A DNA stretch of 32,000 nt, taken from assembly GCA_934613415.1 (NCBI GenBank), contig CAKTSY010000006.1, positions 60,001-92,000 on the forward strand, written 5' to 3'. A program made the translations under genes and the position numbers. Position 1 is the first letter of the stretch, and each line of letters starts with the position of its first letter. Under the pieces are notes generated by a model. The model was not told the DNA's origin, made no database searches, and saw nothing but the letters and a program-made list of their open reading frames with translations. This document shows, in pieces, positions 1 through 8,204 of the stretch. The DNA comes from an uncultured Opitutales bacterium. Lineage in GTDB: Bacteria; Verrucomicrobiota; Verrucomicrobiia; Opitutales; Intestinicryptomonadaceae.

Positions 1-386
1 AAGAGCTTTCGGGCAGATATAAGAACAACCGCAAAGCTCTGCGCGGCTTGGCGTTGAATGCCGACCCTACCGCAATAACCTGCATTGCAAACGATTTCGG
101 CTACGACAACCTTTTTTCGCGCCAGCTTGAAGCCTTCGGCAAAGCGGGCGACTTGCTTGTTTTGTTCAGCTCTAGCGGCAATTCAAAAAACCAGCTTAAC
201 GCAATAGAGCAGGCAAAGCAAATGGGCGTAAAAACCTTTTTAGTTACCGGCAAAAGCGGCGGCATTTGCAAAGGCAAGGCCGACTTTGAGATTGTAGTGC
301 CCTCTAACACGGGCGCAAGAGTGCAGGAAGTGCACACAATGGTATTGCACATCTTAATTGAATATATTGAAAAGAATTTGAAATAA
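1..386 (+). CDS. gmhA: Phosphoheptose (sedoheptulose-7-phosphate) isomerase, SIS domain; 5' end lies upstream of the window
   Basis: The frame is open from base 3 (ELSGRYKNNRKALRGLALNADP...), so the listed 48..386 ORF is only the tail of a longer CDS. ..NDFGYDNLFSRQLEAFGKAGDLLVLFSSSGNSKN..VTGKSGG..EIVVP..ARVQEVH.. follows E. coli GmhA (..[56 protein letters not shown]..) almost motif for motif (recalled from memory). Confidence 0.85.
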   Translation, partial: ELSGRYKNNRKALRGLALNADPTAITCIANDFGYDNLFSRQLEAFGKAGDLLVLFSSSGNSKNQLNAIEQAKQMGVKTFLVTGKSGGICKGKADFEIVVPSNTGARVQEVHTMVLHILIEYIEKNLK

Positions 387-406
387 CAACTAGAGGAAAA
401 TTATAT

Positions 407-2629
407 ATGAAATTGAAAACAACTGCATTGTTTGCTTCGGCAATAATTGCCGCGGCTGGTTGCTTTGGGGTGGAAAATCCCGCACAGTATGTAAAACCCT
501 TTGTGGGAACCGCCTATGTAGGACACACATTCCCGGGGCCTACAATGCCCTTCGGCTTGGTCCAGCCCGGGCCCGAAACAGGCCAATATAGCTGGAAATA
601 CTGCAGCGGCTATAATTACGACGACAAAGCCATAATCTCTTTCGGACAAACACACATGAACGGCACGGGCTGCCCCGACTTTGGCGACGTTGCCTTTATG
701 CCATTTGTTGGCGACCCCGTTAAAAAGTCGTATAAAAGCGCGTTCGACAAGAAAAACGAGAGCTCGGAAATAGGCCTGTATAAAGTATACCTAGACGACG
801 CGAAAGCAGAGGTAAACATTACCGCAACCGAACGAGTCGCCTTCTACGAAATTAAGTTCGACGAAGACAACGGGGGGCTTTTCTTTAACTTCCAAAGCGG
901 TATGGGCGGCAACCCTGCGCGCCGTGTGTTGGAATGCTCTATCGACACTGAAACCGTAAAACCCACAACGCTTTTCGGCGAAATTTCGGCGTTGCTTAAC
1001 GACAATGCTCCAAATGCAATTTCTGGCTATGTAAGAACGGCGGGCTTCACAAACCGCAAAGTTTATTTTTACGTTGTTTTCGACAAACCCATTTTAAAGC
1101 TTACCCAAGTAAAAATGGGTGCGCCAACCGAAAAAGCCCCCAAATGGGCTTTGCAGTTCGGATTAAAGAAGGGCGAAACGCTTAGGGTAAAAATTGCAAT
1201 GTCTACCGCATCTAAAGAAGGCGCAAAGCTTAATATGAAAAGCGAGCTGGACGGCTGGAACTTTAAGCAAACCGTTGCAAACAACAAGGCAAAGTGGAAC
1301 AAAATTTTGGGGCTAATAGACGTCAGGGGCGACGAAGCTTCGCTAGAAAACTTCTACACAAGCATGTATCACTTGTTTGTGCAACCCAACAATTTGTGCG
1401 ATGTGGACGGCTCTTATACGGCAACAAACGGCCAAGTTAAAAAGTCGCCTACAAAAAGCTATCATAGCTCTTGGAGCTTGTGGGACACCTACAGGGCGGC
1501 CCACCCCCTCTACACAATCTTGACGCCCGAAAAGGTGGACATGTTTATAAACGATATGCTTGCCCACTACGAAACAAAGGGCTATTTGCCGGTCAACGTA
1601 TATTGGGGCTTTGAAACACATTGCATGATAGGCAATCACGCAATAAGCGTATTAGGCGAAGCAATAGTTAAGGGCTTTAACGGTTTCGACCGCCAAAAGG
1701 CGTTAGATGCAATGGTAGTTTCCTCTACCGTTCCCCACAAAAAGTCGCCTTGGATAGACTACGAAAAATGCGGCTATTTTCCCTTCGACGTAATGAAAAC
1801 CGAATCGGTTTCGTCTACAATGGAGGCAACATATAACGACGCATGCGTGGCAGCTTCGGCAAAAGTTTTGGGCAACAAGTTCATTGAAGAACACTTTACA
1901 AAGCGTTCGAACTTCTACAAAAACCTGTTTGATCCTACCACAAAATTTATGCGCGGCCGCGACAGCAAGGGCAACTGGAGAGAACCCTTTAGCCCCTTCC
2001 AATTCTCGCATGCCGAAACCTTTGGCGGCGACTACACCGAAGGCAGCGCCTGGCAGTATACCTGGCACGTTCAACACGACCCGATGGGGCTTATAAAGCT
2101 TTTCGGCTCGAACGAAGCGTTTTGCGAAAGGCTTAACCACCTTTTTGTTGCCGAAGACAGCAACAAGAACGCACGCAAAAGCTCCGACATTACCGGCTTA
2201 ATCGGCCAATACGTTCACGGCAACGAGCCCAGCCACCACATTGTATACCTCTTTGCCTTGGCCGACCAGCCCCGCAGAACGGCGGAATTGGTAAGGGAAG
2301 TTTTCGACAAATTCTACCTAAACAAGCCCGACGGCCTTTGCGGCAACGACGACTGCGGCCAAATGAGCGCATGGTACATATTCTCGGCAATGGGTTTCTA
2401 CCCCGTAAGCCCCATTTCGGCGGAATATGTTTTGGGCGCACCCCAGCTTGAAAAAGCGGTTATAAACCTTAAAGACGGCAAGAAGTTCGAAATTATTGCC
2501 CACAATTTCTCTAAGGAAAACAAATACGTTAAGGCGGTAAAACTTAACGGCAAACCCTACAACAAAAAGACAATCTCGCACAAAGACGTTATGAACGGCG
2601 GCGTGCTCGAGTTTGAAATGTGCAAATAG
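407..2629 (+). CDS. GH92 family alpha-mannosidase, probable lipoprotein
   Basis: 740-aa ORF with an SD-like GAGGA 9 nt upstream, 20 nt after the gmhA stop. The N-terminus MKLKTTALFASAIIAAAGC is a signal peptide with a lipobox-like AAGC. GH92 hallmarks as I recall them: PFVGT..GHTFPG..PFGLVQPGPET near the N-terminus, and YVHGNEPSHH and NDDCGQMSAWY in the catalytic region. Confidence 0.93.
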   Translation: MKLKTTALFASAIIAAAGCFGVENPAQYVKPFVGTAYVGHTFPGPTMPFGLVQPGPETGQYSWKYCSGYNYDDKAIISFGQTHMNGTGCPDFGDVAFMPFVGDPVKKSYKSAFDKKNESSEIGLYKVYLDDAKAEVNITATERVAFYEIKFDEDNGGLFFNFQSGMGGNPARRVLECSIDTETVKPTTLFGEISALLNDNAPNAISGYVRTAGFTNRKVYFYVVFDKPILKLTQVKMGAPTEKAPKWALQFGLKKGETLRVKIAMSTASKEGAKLNMKSELDGWNFKQTVANNKAKWNKILGLIDVRGDEASLENFYTSMYHLFVQPNNLCDVDGSYTATNGQVKKSPTKSYHSSWSLWDTYRAAHPLYTILTPEKVDMFINDMLAHYETKGYLPVNVYWGFETHCMIGNHAISVLGEAIVKGFNGFDRQKALDAMVVSSTVPHKKSPWIDYEKCGYFPFDVMKTESVSSTMEATYNDACVAASAKVLGNKFIEEHFTKRSNFYKNLFDPTTKFMRGRDSKGNWREPFSPFQFSHAETFGGDYTEGSAWQYTWHVQHDPMGLIKLFGSNEAFCERLNHLFVAEDSNKNARKSSDITGLIGQYVHGNEPSHHIVYLFALADQPRRTAELVREVFDKFYLNKPDGLCGNDDCGQMSAWYIFSAMGFYPVSPISAEYVLGAPQLEKAVINLKDGKKFEIIAHNFSKENKYVKAVKLNGKPYNKKTISHKDVMNGGVLEFEMCK

Positions 2630-2635
2630 TTTATT

Positions 2636-3616
2636 ATGGCTAAATACTTATTGGGGATAGACGTTGGCGGCACAAAATGCGCCGTTACCCTCGGCGTTCT
2701 CGACGAAAAGGAAAACATTAAAATTTCCGCAAAGGAAAAGTTTGCAACTTTTGTCGGCAACCCGAAAAAAACTATAGACACGTTCTTTGAAGTCTCTAAA
2801 AAGATTTTAAAGAAGGCAAAACTGACTAAGTCGGACATTTCCGCCATAGGCATAAGCTGCGGCGGGCCGCTAGACAGCAAAAGAGGCGTTGTTATGTCGC
2901 CCCCGAACCTACCGGGCTGGAACAATATAGAAATTGTAAAGGCTTTTGAAAAGGAATTCGGGGTTAAAACCCTTTTGCAGAACGACGCAAACGCATGCGC
3001 TTTGGCCGAATGGAAATTCGGCGCAGGGCGCGGGCTAGACAACGTCGTGTTTATGACTTTCGGCACGGGGTTGGGCGCAGGCCTTATTTTAGACGGCAAG
3101 CTCTATTCGGGCACAAACGACAATGCGGGCGAAGTGGGCCACGTAAGGCTTGCCGATTTCGGCGGCACGGGCTACGGCAAATGCGGCTCGTTTGAAGGTT
3201 TTTGCAGCGGCAGCGGCATTGCGCAAATAGGCAAGATGAAAGCTATGGAAGAATTGCAAATGGGTCAATCGGTGGCATTTTGCAAAGACCTTTCGGCTTT
3301 AAACGACATTAACGCAAAAGTTATTGCCGACTGCGCCGACAAAGGCGACACCCTTGCAAAGGAAGTATACGCAATTAGCGGACACTATCTTGGCATAGGC
3401 CTTTCGATGATAATCGACATACTAAACCCGCAGGCGGTTATTATTGGCAGCATATTCACAAGGTCTAAAAAGCTTTTGTGGAGCGAGGCAAAAAAGGTTA
3501 TCGACAAAGAGGCCTTGCCGGTTGCCGCAAAGGTTTGCAAGGTTTTGCCCGCAGCCCTCGGCGAAAATATAGGCGACTTTGCCGCCCTTTCGCTTGCGGC
3601 CTACGCGCTTAAATAA
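2636..3616 (+). CDS. ROK-family sugar kinase (substrate not assignable)
   Basis: 326 aa, with the start 6 nt after the GH92 stop (operonic). ATP-binding GIDVGGTK, then ROK-type LQNDANACALAEWKFGAG and GTGLGAGLILDGKLYSG..AGEVGH. The usual CxCGxxGCxE zinc motif is replaced by GKCGSFEGFCSG (two Cys only), so glucose, mannose, GlcNAc and ManNAc kinase activity all remain possible. Confidence 0.88.
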   Translation: MAKYLLGIDVGGTKCAVTLGVLDEKENIKISAKEKFATFVGNPKKTIDTFFEVSKKILKKAKLTKSDISAIGISCGGPLDSKRGVVMSPPNLPGWNNIEIVKAFEKEFGVKTLLQNDANACALAEWKFGAGRGLDNVVFMTFGTGLGAGLILDGKLYSGTNDNAGEVGHVRLADFGGTGYGKCGSFEGFCSGSGIAQIGKMKAMEELQMGQSVAFCKDLSALNDINAKVIADCADKGDTLAKEVYAISGHYLGIGLSMIIDILNPQAVIIGSIFTRSKKLLWSEAKKVIDKEALPVAAKVCKVLPAALGENIGDFAALSLAAYALK

Positions 3617-3638
3617 AAAGTTTTAAACATTTACCCAC

Positions 3639-3680
3639 AAAGCACCATTATAGCTTTTTTGCTTGTTGGTGCTTTTTTTG
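3639..3680 (+). terminator. Rho-independent terminator after the gmhA-GH92-ROK operon
   Basis: AAAGCACCA (3639..3647) pairs with TGGTGCTTT (3667..3675). The intervening 19 nt add an inner AGC/GCT pairing around a U6 loop. The stem runs into T7 (3673..3679), 23 nt after the ROK stop. Confidence 0.75.
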
Positions 3681-3719
3681 TTTTTGTAAAAAAAGAGGCC
3701 ATTGCTTTGGCAAAATATT

Positions 3720-3748
3720 TTGACAGCTTCAGAGTTTTGGCGTAGTTT
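3720..3748 (+). promoter_or_regulatory. Candidate sigma70-type promoter for the GH2 gene
   Basis: TTGACA (3720..3725), 17-nt spacer, TAGTTT (3743..3748). The -35 is perfect and the -10 is weak. Pattern match only. Confidence 0.3.
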
Positions 3749-3762
3749 TCTGCCTATTAAAC

Positions 3763-3780
3763 GCCGCGTACGTTCGCGGC
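3763..3780. promoter_or_regulatory. GC-rich near-palindrome / 5'-leader hairpin upstream of GH2
   Basis: GCCGCG-TACGTT-CGCGGC: 6-bp GC-only arms with a 6-nt centre, 25 nt upstream of the GH2 ATG and downstream of the candidate promoter. No U-tract follows, so it is not a terminator. Confidence 0.3.
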
Positions 3781-3804
3781 AAAATAGGTTAACGACAAAA
3801 ATAT

Positions 3805-6648
3805 ATGATGAAAACAAAAACTCTAATATCGGCATTGGCGTTTGCTTCGCTTTCTACGGCAACGGCTTTTGCCGCAGACAACTTCGGGCTGCGCAGGGCG
3901 CAAACGCAGGATATGCTGCCAAAAGCAAAGGCAGCCCCGCAAACTTCGCAGCGCAAACCCTTTGTTAAGACGCAAAACAAGTTTGTGGAAAAATCGCACA
4001 ACTCGTTTGCGTTAAGAGACGGCTGGACTATGTTCGAAGAAGACTGCGTTGTGTCTTCGCCGACAAACATTTTTGCCGACAATTTTTCGGCGGGCGAAAA
4101 CGAATTTAACGCAACCGTCCCGGGAACCATTTTGCAAACTTTGGTAGATAGCGGCGTATACCCCAACCCCTACTATGGGCTAAACAACTTTTACATTCCC
4201 GATACAATATGCCGCAAAAACTGGTTCTTTAGAACCGAGTTTGAACTGGGCGACCTTGCAAACAAAGGCGAAAACATACAGCTTGTTGTTAACGGCATAA
4301 ACTACAAAGCCGACATTTGGCTAAACGGTAAAAAGCTTGGGCAAACAAAGGGCGCATTTATAAGGGGCTATTTCGATATAACAAACATTGTAAACAAAAG
4401 CGGCAAAAACATTTTGGCAATAAGGGTATGCCCGCCGCCAAATGTTGGCATTGCCCATGAAGAATCCGACCGCTCTGGCCAAGGCCCCAACGGCGGCACA
4501 ATGTGCCTCGACGGCCCAACTTTTATATGCTCGGAGGGCTGGGACTGGATACCCACCATACGCGACCGCAACAGCGGCATTTGGCGCGACATAGAAATTA
4601 AATTTACAAATTCCGCCTCTATTGGCGACGCCTTTGTAAAAACCGACTTAAATTTGCCCGAATGCAACTTGGCAAAAATTTCGGCAAGCATTCCCGTATC
4701 GAACAAATCTAACACAAAAAAGACATTTACAGTTAAATGCACAATAGACGGCAAAACGCTCGAAAAATCGGTTTCGCTTAAGGCAAACGAAAGCAAAGAC
4801 GTTGAATTTGAAATGCAAATGCAAAACCCCAAGCTTTGGTGGCCAAACAATATGGGCGAGCAGAACCTGTATTTTGCCGATATTTCGGTTTCCGAAAACG
4901 GCGTTGTAAGCGACAAAAAGCTTGTGCGCTTCGGCGTAAGGGAAATCAGCTATTTGATGATGGTAGACCTTCCCGAAAAGAACGGATTTTTTGCCGAATT
5001 TAACCCCATAGAGGGCTACAAAAACAAAACTTCGCCATTCGACAATTCCAAACGCCGCGAAGTTGCCGACAGAATGGTTGCCCCCAAAGTTTTAAAAGAC
5101 GCCAATTTAAGCGCCTTTACCCCCTCAACCGAAAAAACGCCGTATTTGATTGTTAAAATAAACGGCAAAAAGGTGTTTGTAAAGGGAGGCAACTGGGGCA
5201 TAGACGACGCGATGAAACGCATTTCGCGCGAAAAGTTAATCCCCTACTTCGAACTTCAAAAGAGGCAAAACTTTAATATAATCCGCAACTGGACGGGCGA
5301 AACAACACAGGAGGAATTCTACGAACTTTGCGACGAATACGGAATGCTTGTTTGGAACGATTTTTGGTCGTCTACCCAAAACTACAACCTAAGGGCGCAA
5401 GACGAAGCATTGTTTGTTGAAAACGCAAAAGATGTTGTTTTGCGCTACAGAAATCACCCGTCTATAGTATTTTGGTGTCCGAAAAACGAGGGCTATGTAA
5501 CCGAAGAGCTTAACGCCGACTTGGCAAAACTTATTGCCGAATGCGACGGCACGCGCTACTACATACCAAACTCGCGCTTTGTGAATATGAGAACCAGCGG
5601 CCCATACCGCTATTTTAAAGATGCAGCCTTTTACTATGGCGGCACAAGCCGCGGTTTTAACACCGAAATTGGCAGCTTTTCGATACCTACAGCGGAAACG
5701 GTTCGCAGCTTTATACCAAAAGAAGACCTTTGGCCTGTAAGCGACACATGGGTTCACCACGACCTGCACAACGGCCACTTTAGACAGGAATATTACAGCG
5801 CGCTTGAAGACGACTTCGGCAAAAAAAGCAAAAACGAAGCCGAATTTTGCGCAAAGGCGCAGGTGCTTAACTACGAGTCTTACAGGGCAATGTTTGAAGG
5901 CCGCTTTGCGCATTTGTGGGACGACACAACGGGCCTTATGCTGTGGATGAGCCACCCCGCATGGCCTAGCATGACTTGGCAGACATATTCGTGGGACTAC
6001 GAAACTACGGGCGCATATTTCGGCACAATGAAAGCCTGCCAGCCGATACATATTCAAATGAATTTAAGCGACTTTAAAGTGGTTGCCGTAAACAACAACT
6101 TTGAATCTATGCCCGACATTACGGTTTCGGCAAAAGTATATTCGGCAAAGGGCGAACTGCTTTGGCAAAAATCGCAAGCGGCAACGCTTTTGGCGAACGA
6201 CAAAACCGAAACCTTTAAGGTTGAATTCCCCGAAAACTTAAACGAGTGCGTTTTAATTAGAACAACACTCGAAAAGTCGGGGCAAATTTTGGCGCAAAAC
6301 GACTATTGGAAAAACCCGAAAAACCCCTCCGACAGAAGGGCAATGCTAAGCGTTGGCAAGCCCGAATTGGCAATAGACGGCAAAATTAAGGAAAGCAAAA
6401 AGAACGGCTTTGCCGTTTACGAATTTACCCTTAAAAACAAAAGCTCGTTTACGGCGTCGTCGGTAAAACTAAACGCCCGCAGCGCCAAGGGCGAAAGGAT
6501 TTTGCCCGCATATTTTTCGGACGGCTTCTTTAACCTTTTGCCGAACGAAAGCGTAAAAATTTCGGCGGAAATTCCCGTCGAAAAGAACGCAGGCGACATT
6601 CACTTTACATACGAAACGCTTACGAAAACCACCCCCGAAAAGCTCTAG
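3805..6648 (+). CDS. Secreted GH2 family glycoside hydrolase (beta-mannosidase / exo-beta-glucosaminidase-like)
   Basis: 947 aa. Signal peptide MMKTKTLISALAFASLSTATAFA/AD. GH2 TIM-barrel region NIIRNWTGETTQEEFYELCDEYGMLVWNDFW, acid/base-type FWCPKNEGY and nucleophile-type FNTEIGSFS, which resemble beta-mannosidase-type GH2 more than LacZ/GUS (from memory). Confidence 0.88.
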   Translation: MMKTKTLISALAFASLSTATAFAADNFGLRRAQTQDMLPKAKAAPQTSQRKPFVKTQNKFVEKSHNSFALRDGWTMFEEDCVVSSPTNIFADNFSAGENEFNATVPGTILQTLVDSGVYPNPYYGLNNFYIPDTICRKNWFFRTEFELGDLANKGENIQLVVNGINYKADIWLNGKKLGQTKGAFIRGYFDITNIVNKSGKNILAIRVCPPPNVGIAHEESDRSGQGPNGGTMCLDGPTFICSEGWDWIPTIRDRNSGIWRDIEIKFTNSASIGDAFVKTDLNLPECNLAKISASIPVSNKSNTKKTFTVKCTIDGKTLEKSVSLKANESKDVEFEMQMQNPKLWWPNNMGEQNLYFADISVSENGVVSDKKLVRFGVREISYLMMVDLPEKNGFFAEFNPIEGYKNKTSPFDNSKRREVADRMVAPKVLKDANLSAFTPSTEKTPYLIVKINGKKVFVKGGNWGIDDAMKRISREKLIPYFELQKRQNFNIIRNWTGETTQEEFYELCDEYGMLVWNDFWSSTQNYNLRAQDEALFVENAKDVVLRYRNHPSIVFWCPKNEGYVTEELNADLAKLIAECDGTRYYIPNSRFVNMRTSGPYRYFKDAAFYYGGTSRGFNTEIGSFSIPTAETVRSFIPKEDLWPVSDTWVHHDLHNGHFRQEYYSALEDDFGKKSKNEAEFCAKAQVLNYESYRAMFEGRFAHLWDDTTGLMLWMSHPAWPSMTWQTYSWDYETTGAYFGTMKACQPIHIQMNLSDFKVVAVNNNFESMPDITVSAKVYSAKGELLWQKSQAATLLANDKTETFKVEFPENLNECVLIRTTLEKSGQILAQNDYWKNPKNPSDRRAMLSVGKPELAIDGKIKESKKNGFAVYEFTLKNKSSFTASSVKLNARSAKGERILPAYFSDGFFNLLPNESVKISAEIPVEKNAGDIHFTYETLTKTTPEKL

Positions 6649-6671
6649 TTTTTTAGAGGGAACCCCAAAAC

Positions 6672-6708
6672 AAAAAGCGTTTGCCAACCCTTGGCAAACG
6701 CTTTTTTT
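6672..6708. terminator. Bidirectional rho-independent terminator (GH2 side of a convergent pair)
   Basis: Perfect hairpin AAAAAGCGTTTGCCAA (6672..6687) - CCC - TTGGCAAACGCTTTTT (6691..6706), with T7 on the + strand and A5 (U5 on the - strand) flanking. Confidence 0.85.
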
Positions 6709-6733
6709 ATGCAAAATATTTCGCAAAAAATTT

Positions 6734-6777
6734 ATGCAAAAAAAACGCCCAACCAAATAAAAATCGGAAGGGCGTTT
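6734..6777 (-). terminator. Rho-independent terminator of the galE-pyrophosphorylase operon
   Basis: Minus strand: AAACGCCC (6777..6770), 19-nt loop, GGGCGUUU (6750..6743), then a U-run (complement of A8 at 6738..6745). It starts 20 nt after the stop at 6797. Confidence 0.7.
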
Positions 6778-6796
6778 GCAAAAATTTTATTTTACG

Positions 6797-8203
6797 CTAC
6801 TGCAAATACTGCGGTTTCGAAAAATCAACACTAGGCTTTAGCTTTGCCCACTGCGATTTAAAATCGGCAAAGTTGCAGGAAAAAAGCGGGCTTATTTCCA
6901 AATCGTGCAAGGGCACGCCGTCAGCGTCTACAGCAATGTTTACGCCAACTTGCCCTAGCCAATATGCAAACTGCTTTTCCTGGTCTTTTTTGCTGGTACG
7001 GGGCGAATCTTTGCCCTCGGCATTCTTTATGGGCGAAAATTCCTCGCGCCTTACGCCCTCTATAATTACGGGGTTGTTCGCCATAGGCAGGGCGTCGAAA
7101 ACAAACATTTCAAACTTATAACCGTTGGGGCTTTCGGGCTTAATCTTTTGCCCGTTTTTGTCTATATAGGGAATTTTCTTGTGCGCAATATGGAATGGCA
7201 AGGTAGAATTTTTGCCGCACTTTTCCACAAAGTCTAGCGATATAACGTGAATTGCAACGCTGCCTGCAACAAACTTCAAAGACCCGTCGGCATTGCGAAG
7301 CTGCTGCATACTTTCGGGCAAGTCGGAATATTCGACAACGTTAAGACGCCCCTCGTACATGCAAAAATGCCCAACCTTTTCAAGCGGATATGCTTTGGGA
7401 ATCATTTTCGACGACATATCCGAAGCTCCCTTTATGTGAAAGCCCAAAAACGCTTCATCTACAATGTTAACAATGGGATTGTCTACCTGAAAATAGCTTA
7501 GGTATTTTACGCCGCGCTTTTTTAATTCGTCCAGCGCGCCGCTTTTTACTATTGCGCGCAAGCTGCCACCGTGGCCGTCGGGCGAAAGGGCTATCTTGCC
7601 CTTGTCTTCCATTATAATTTTGCCGTCGGCCGTAGCCGCGGGCATTCTGCCCTGCTTAAAGAAAATAACGTCGTTTTTATCAAGGCCAAAAAAGTTGTTT
7701 TCTTCAAAATGTGCGCGGGTGGCCTCGTCGTTTATATGGCTTGTCATTATAAGCCACGGAATTTTAACTCCGTATTTTTGCGAAGCCCTTAAAATTTTTT
7801 CGGCAAAAACCTGAAACAGGCTTTTGTGCATTATGGGAGTTGCTTTGTAGGTGCCTTTTGGGCCGTTGTAGCCCAAGCGTGTACCCTGCCCGCCGGCAAC
7901 CACAAAGCAGGCAAGCTCGCCGCGCGAAATTGCGGCGGCCCCAACTTTGGCTGCATCTTCCCACAAAGAGACGTCGCCTCCGTTTTCGGGGTTGGCAATG
8001 TAGGGGGCTGCCTGCAATTTGTTGTAGTCTATTGCGCTTTTAGGTTGGGCACCGTTAAGCATTTTGCAAAGACCTTCAAACTCGTTTAAGTCTATTTGCG
8101 AGCAGTCGTCTAGCAGCGATTTTTTTTGGGCGTCGGTTAGGTCTTCAAAAAAATCGAAAACCTGCGCTTGCCCCGCCTTTTTAAATTTTTCGATAATTTC
8201 CAT
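6797..8203 (-). CDS. Eukaryote-type (UAP1/UDPGP family) UDP-N-acetylhexosamine / UDP-sugar pyrophosphorylase
   Basis: The ORF-track start at 8257 overlaps galE. The ATG at 8203 (MEIIEKFKKAGQ..) lies 1 nt after the galE TAA (8205..8207) and is the likely start (468 aa). LACFVVAGGQGTRLGYNGPKGTY..SLFQVFAEKIL..IPWLIMTS..FFKQGRMPA..DGKII..LSPDGHGG parallels human UAP1 (LLAGGQGTRLG..PKGMY..TLFQIQAERIL..IPWYIMTS..FFQQGMLPA..DGKII..MAPDGNGG), recalled from memory. Confidence 0.88.
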   Translation of the reverse strand: MEIIEKFKKAGQAQVFDFFEDLTDAQKKSLLDDCSQIDLNEFEGLCKMLNGAQPKSAIDYNKLQAAPYIANPENGGDVSLWEDAAKVGAAAISRGELACFVVAGGQGTRLGYNGPKGTYKATPIMHKSLFQVFAEKILRASQKYGVKIPWLIMTSHINDEATRAHFEENNFFGLDKNDVIFFKQGRMPAATADGKIIMEDKGKIALSPDGHGGSLRAIVKSGALDELKKRGVKYLSYFQVDNPIVNIVDEAFLGFHIKGASDMSSKMIPKAYPLEKVGHFCMYEGRLNVVEYSDLPESMQQLRNADGSLKFVAGSVAIHVISLDFVEKCGKNSTLPFHIAHKKIPYIDKNGQKIKPESPNGYKFEMFVFDALPMANNPVIIEGVRREEFSPIKNAEGKDSPRTSKKDQEKQFAYWLGQVGVNIAVDADGVPLHDLEISPLFSCNFADFKSQWAKLKPSVDFSKPQYLQ

Positions 8204-8204
8204 C

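Noticed and set aside
6681-7121. 146-aa plus-strand ORF starting in the GH2/pyrophosphorylase intergenic region.
   Set aside because: It begins inside the two terminator hairpins and then runs antisense to the well-supported pyrophosphorylase gene. It has no motifs and no SD.
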